Below, one piece after another: positions 59,901-64,000 of a stretch of 64,000 nt of DNA. Positions within the stretch are counted from its first letter, which is position 1. Every line of letters begins with the position of its first letter. A program made the translations under genes and the position numbers. The stretch is taken from NCBI RefSeq assembly GCF_009914755.1, contig NC_060940.1, one strand, 5' to 3'. Source of the stretch: the human T2T-CHM13v2.0 reference genome, Homo sapiens. The notes under the pieces were generated by a model that was not told the DNA's origin, ran no database searches, and saw only the letters and a program-made list of their open reading frames with translations.

Positions 59901-62900
59901 ATTCTATTTGTGTCCCTTAGATGATTCCACATGATTCCATTACATGATGATACTATTTGAGCCCATCCAATGATTCCCTTCGATTCCATTCGATGAGGAT
60001 TCCATTCGATTCAATTCATTGGTGATTCTATTCAATTCAATTCTTTGATTCCATTCCATTCCATTCGACAATGATTCCATTCGATTTCTTTCGATGATTC
60101 CACTCGATTCCACTTGACATTGATTCCATTCGATTCCATTCAATGATTCCATTTGATTCCAGTGGATGATGATTGCCATCGATTCCATTCGATCACTCCA
60201 TTCTATTCCATTTGATGATGATTACATTCGATTCCATTTGATGATTCCATCTGATTCTATTCGAGGATTCCATTTGATTCCATTCGATGATGATTCCATT
60301 CGAGTCCATTTGATGATTTCATTCGAGTACATCCAATGATTCCATTCGAGTCCATTAGATGATTCCATTTGATTCCATTTGAAAATGATTCTACTAGAGT
60401 CCATTCAATGACTCCATTCGAGTCCATTCAACAATTCCATTCGACTCCATTCGATGATTCCATTCGATTCCATTTGATGGTTCCATTCGAGTCCATTTAA
60501 TCATTACAGTCGAGTCCATTTGGTGATTCCAATGGATTTCTTTTGATAATGATACCATTCCATTACATTTGATGATGATCCCATTCAATTTCATTTGATG
60601 ATGATTCCATTAGAGTCCATTCGATGATTTCATTCGAGTCCCTTCATTGATTCCATCCGATTTCATTGGATGATGACTCCATTCGAGTCCATTCGATGAT
60701 TCCACTCGATTCCATTAGATGACTCCATTGGAGTCCATTTGATTGTTCCATTCGATTCCATTCGATTCCTTTCGAAGATTATTCCATTTGAGTCCATTCG
60801 ATGATGATTCCATTCCATTCCATTCGATGATTCCGTTTGATTCCATTCGATGATTCCCTTCGATTCCTTTCTTTGATGATTCCATTCCATTCCATTCAAT
60901 GATTCCATTCAAATCTATTCCATGATGATTCCTTTCGATTCCATTCGCTGATGTTTCCGTTCAATTCCATTCGATGATGATTCCATTCGATTCCATTCAT
61001 TGAGGATTCCATTTGATTCCATTCAATGATGATTCCATTCTATTCCATTCAATGATTGCATTCAATTCCATTCAATGATTATCCCATTAGAGTAAACTCA
61101 ACGATTCCATTCAATACCATTCAATGATGATTCCTTTTGAGTCCATTCAATGATTTCATTCAAGTCCATTTGATGATTCCTTTCAATTCCATTCTATGAT
61201 GATTCCATTCGAGTCCATTCGATGATTCCATTCGATTGCATTCGATGATTCCATTATATTCCATTCAACGGTGATTCCATTCGAGTCCATTCCATGATTC
61301 CATTAGAGTACATTTAATGATTGCTTTGTTTTCAATTCGAAGATGATTACATTGGATTCCATTCTATGATACCATTCGATTCCATTCAATGATGATTCCA
61401 CTCAAATCCATTGGATGATTCCATACGTGTCCATTCGGTGATTTCATTAGATTCCATTCGAGGATGATTCCATTCGATTCCATTCGATGATTCCATTCAA
61501 TTCCATTCGATGATGATTCCATTCCAGTCCATATGATCATTCCATTTGATTTCATTCGATGATGATTCCATTCAATTCGATTCGACGATTCCATTCTATT
61601 CCATTCGATGATGATTCCATTCGAGTCCATTCGATGATTCCATTCGAGTCCATTTAATGATTCCATTGGGTTCAATTCAATGATGATTACATTGGATTCC
61701 GTTCTATGATTCCATTCAATTCCGTTCATTGACAATTTGATTCCATTCGATGATGATTCCATTTGAGTTCATTCGATGATTCTATTCGATTCTCTTCGAT
61801 GGTGATTCAATTCTATTATATTGGATGATTCCATTCGATTCCATTTGATGTTGATTCAATTCGATTCTATTCGATGATGATTCCATTGGATTTCACTTGA
61901 TGATTCTATTCGATTCCATTCAATGATGATTCACTTCTCGTCCATTGGATGATTCCATTTCATTCCATTCGATGATGATTCCATTCGATTCCATTCGATG
62001 ATTCCATTTGATTCCATGCGACGGTGAGCAATTCGATTCAATTCCATGATGATTCTATTTGATTCAATTAGATGATGTTTCCATTCGAATCCATTCCATG
62101 ATTATTCCATTGGAATCCATTCGGCGATGATTCCATATGAGTCAATTCAATGATGATTCCATATGGGTCCGTTCGATGATAATTCCATTTGATTTCATTC
62201 GATGCTTCTATTCTATTCCAGTCGATGATGATTCCGTTGGAGTCCATACGATGATTCCATTTGATTTCATTTGATGATGATTCCATTCGATGATGATTAC
62301 ATTGGATTCCATTCTATGATTCCATTCAATTCCATTCGTTGATGATTCGATTCCATTCAATGATGATTCCATTTGAGTTCATTCGATGATTCTATTCGAT
62401 TCCGTTCGATGGTGATTCAATTCTCTTATATTGGATGATTCCACTCGATTCCATTTGATGATTATTCCATTGGAGTCCACTTAGTGAATCCTTTAGATTC
62501 TACTCGAAGATGATTCCATTCGAGTCCATTCGATGGTACCATTCAATTCCATTCGTTGATGCTTCCATTCAAGTGCATTCGATGATATCATTCGATTCCA
62601 TTTGATGATAATTCCATTTGATTCCATGCGATGATTCTATTCGATTCCATTCAATGATAATTCCATTCAATTCAGTGATTCCTCTGGACTCCATTTGATG
62701 ATGATTCCATTCAATGATTCCATTCGATTCTATTCGAAAATGATTCCATTTGAATCCATTTGATGATGATTCCATTAGATTCCATTTGATGATTCTATTC
62801 GATTCCATTCGACGATGATTCCATTCGATTCCATTTGATGATTCCATTCTATTCTATTCGATGATGATTCCATTCGATTCCATTCGATGATGATTGGATT

Positions 62901-63085
62901 CGATTCCATTTGATGATTTCATTTGATTCCATTCGATAATGATTTTGATCAATTCCATTCGATGATTCCATTCGATTCCATTCGATAATGATTACATCCG
63001 AGTCCATTCGATGATTCCATTTGAGCCCGTTCGATAATTCCATTTGAGTCCAATCAATGATTGCATTCATTTCCATTCAATGATT
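56974..63085 (+). repeat. Macro-unit U10 (6112 bp; C-B-C mosaic, closest to U8)
   Basis: Landmarks 56997 and 63109. Shares private alleles with U8 at offset 14311; lacks the 10-bp class-C block but has the KpnI site at 62535. Confidence 0.93.
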
Positions 63086-64000
63086 CCATTCGAGTCCATT
63101 TGATCATTCCGGTAGGGTCCGTTCGATGTTGATTCCATTGGAGTGCATTCGATGATTCCATTCGAGTCCAATTTATGATTTGGTTCGAGTCCTTTCGATG
63201 ATTCCATTCGATTCCACTCGATGATGATTTCATTCGAGTCCATTCGACACTTCCAATCGATTCCATTTGATGTTTCCTTTCGAGTCCAATTGATGATTCC
63301 ATTCAATTCCATTCGATGATGATTCCGTACGATTCCACTCTGTGATGATTCCAAGTGATTGCATTCAATGATGATTCCTTTCGATTGCATTCGATTATGA
63401 TTCATTTCGTGTTCATTCTATGGTTCCACAGGTTTCCATTCGTGTCCATTCCATTATTCCATTCTATTCCATTTGATGATGATTCCATTCGATTCCATTC
63501 ATTGGTGATTCCACTCAATTCCATTCAATGATTCCATTCCATTTCTTTCAACAATGATTCCATTAGTTTCTAATCGATGATCCACTTGATTCCATTTGAC
63601 GACGATTCCATTCTTGTCCATTCGATGATTCCATTTGATTCCATATGATGATGATTCCATTCGATTCCATACCATGATGATTCCATTCGAGTCCATTCAA
63701 TGGTGATTCCATTCAATTCCATTCGATGATTCCTTTCGATTCCATTCAATGATGATGGCATTCGATTCCTTTCAATCATTCCCTTTGATTCCATTCAAAG
63801 GTGATTTCATTCAAGTCCATTCGATAATTGCATTCGATTCCATTCTATGATGATTCCATTCGAGTCCATTTGATGATTCCATTCAATTCAAGTCAATGAT
63901 GATTCCATTCAATTCTATTCGATGATTCCATTGGATTCCATTCGATGATGATTCCATTCAAATCCATTCGATAATTCAATTCAAGTCCATTCGATGATGA
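63086..64000 (+). repeat. Partial macro-unit U11 (class C), truncated by window end
   Basis: Landmark at 63109, with class-C alleles GGGTCCGTTCG, CCAATTTATGATTTGG and CCACTCTGTG. Confidence 0.93.

Larger units (their letters stand above)
1..64000 (+). repeat. HSATII: Human satellite II (HSat2/HSATII) tandem array, CATTC strand on +; probably the HSat2B subfamily of 16q11.2 pericentromeric heterochromatin
   Basis: Continuous diverged (CATTC)n with the HSat2-diagnostic CATTCGATTC/CATTCGAGTC plus GATGAT spacers (23/26-bp monomers, dense TCGA). There are no long pure (CATTC)n runs as in HSat3. The chr16/HSat2B assignment rests on the ~6.1-kb macro-period (recalled knowledge, confidence about 0.8); family assignment is near certain. 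Confidence 0.97.

Noticed and set aside
414-63794. More than 150 short minus-strand ORFs (MESSNGIEWNH-type peptides, 60-132 aa)
   Set aside because: They are translations of the GGAAT/ATC satellite strand, which is rich in ATG and poor in stop codons. They overlap in several frames, recur with the repeat period and are opened or closed by random variants. There is no domain signal. Used only as positional landmarks.
1-64000. CRISPR-like or other repeat-spacer system
   Set aside because: There are no unique spacers, no leader and no associated genes. The variable segments are diverged monomers that themselves repeat every ~6.1 kb.
1-64000. Hidden insertion (Alu, L1, ERV or foreign DNA) or strand inversion
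   Set aside because: All unit-length differences are accounted for by identified indels and the one junction. I saw no poly-A tail, GC-rich tract or switch to GAATG on the + strand.
1-64000. Assignment to HSat3, chr1 HSat2A or alpha satellite
   Set aside because: There are no extended pure CATTC runs (HSat3), no ~1.8-kb period (chr1 HSat2A) and no 171-bp monomer (alpha satellite).

Overview
The whole 64 kb is one uninterrupted array of human satellite II (HSat2/HSATII). It has the CATTC-rich strand on + throughout and is built from ~23-bp (CATTCGAGTCCATTCGATGATTC) and ~26-bp (CATTCGATTCCATTCGATGATGATTC) monomers. These are nested in a ~6.1-kb tandem macro-unit. Measured from the landmark CCGGTAGGG (24, 6083, 12160, 18219, 24330, 30442, 36564, 42686, 50878, 56997, 63109), unit lengths are 6059, 6077, 6059, 6111, 6112, 6122, 6122, 8192, 6119 and 6112 bp. 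A ~6.1-kb period is what I recall for the HSat2B array of chromosome 16q11.2, so that locus is an inference. I see no genes, RNA genes, transposons, CRISPR arrays or inversions. All listed ORFs are by-products of the GGAAT/ATC-rich minus strand. I did not find a novel gene system. The real structure lies in how the array evolved: (1) an out-of-register junction at 48477-48488 with 12-bp microhomology gives an 8192-bp unit; (2) a ~14.3-kb super-period is tied to that junction; (3) three sequence variant classes (A/B/C) have mosaic switch points; (4) indels are sized by the monomer grammar (3, 10, 26, 49 bp, plus 1-bp events); (5) older sub-repeats sit inside the 6.1-kb unit; (6) an invariant DUX4-like TAATTGAATCA site recurs at one fixed position per unit. 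Variant calls were made by eye at diagnostic positions, not by full alignment.
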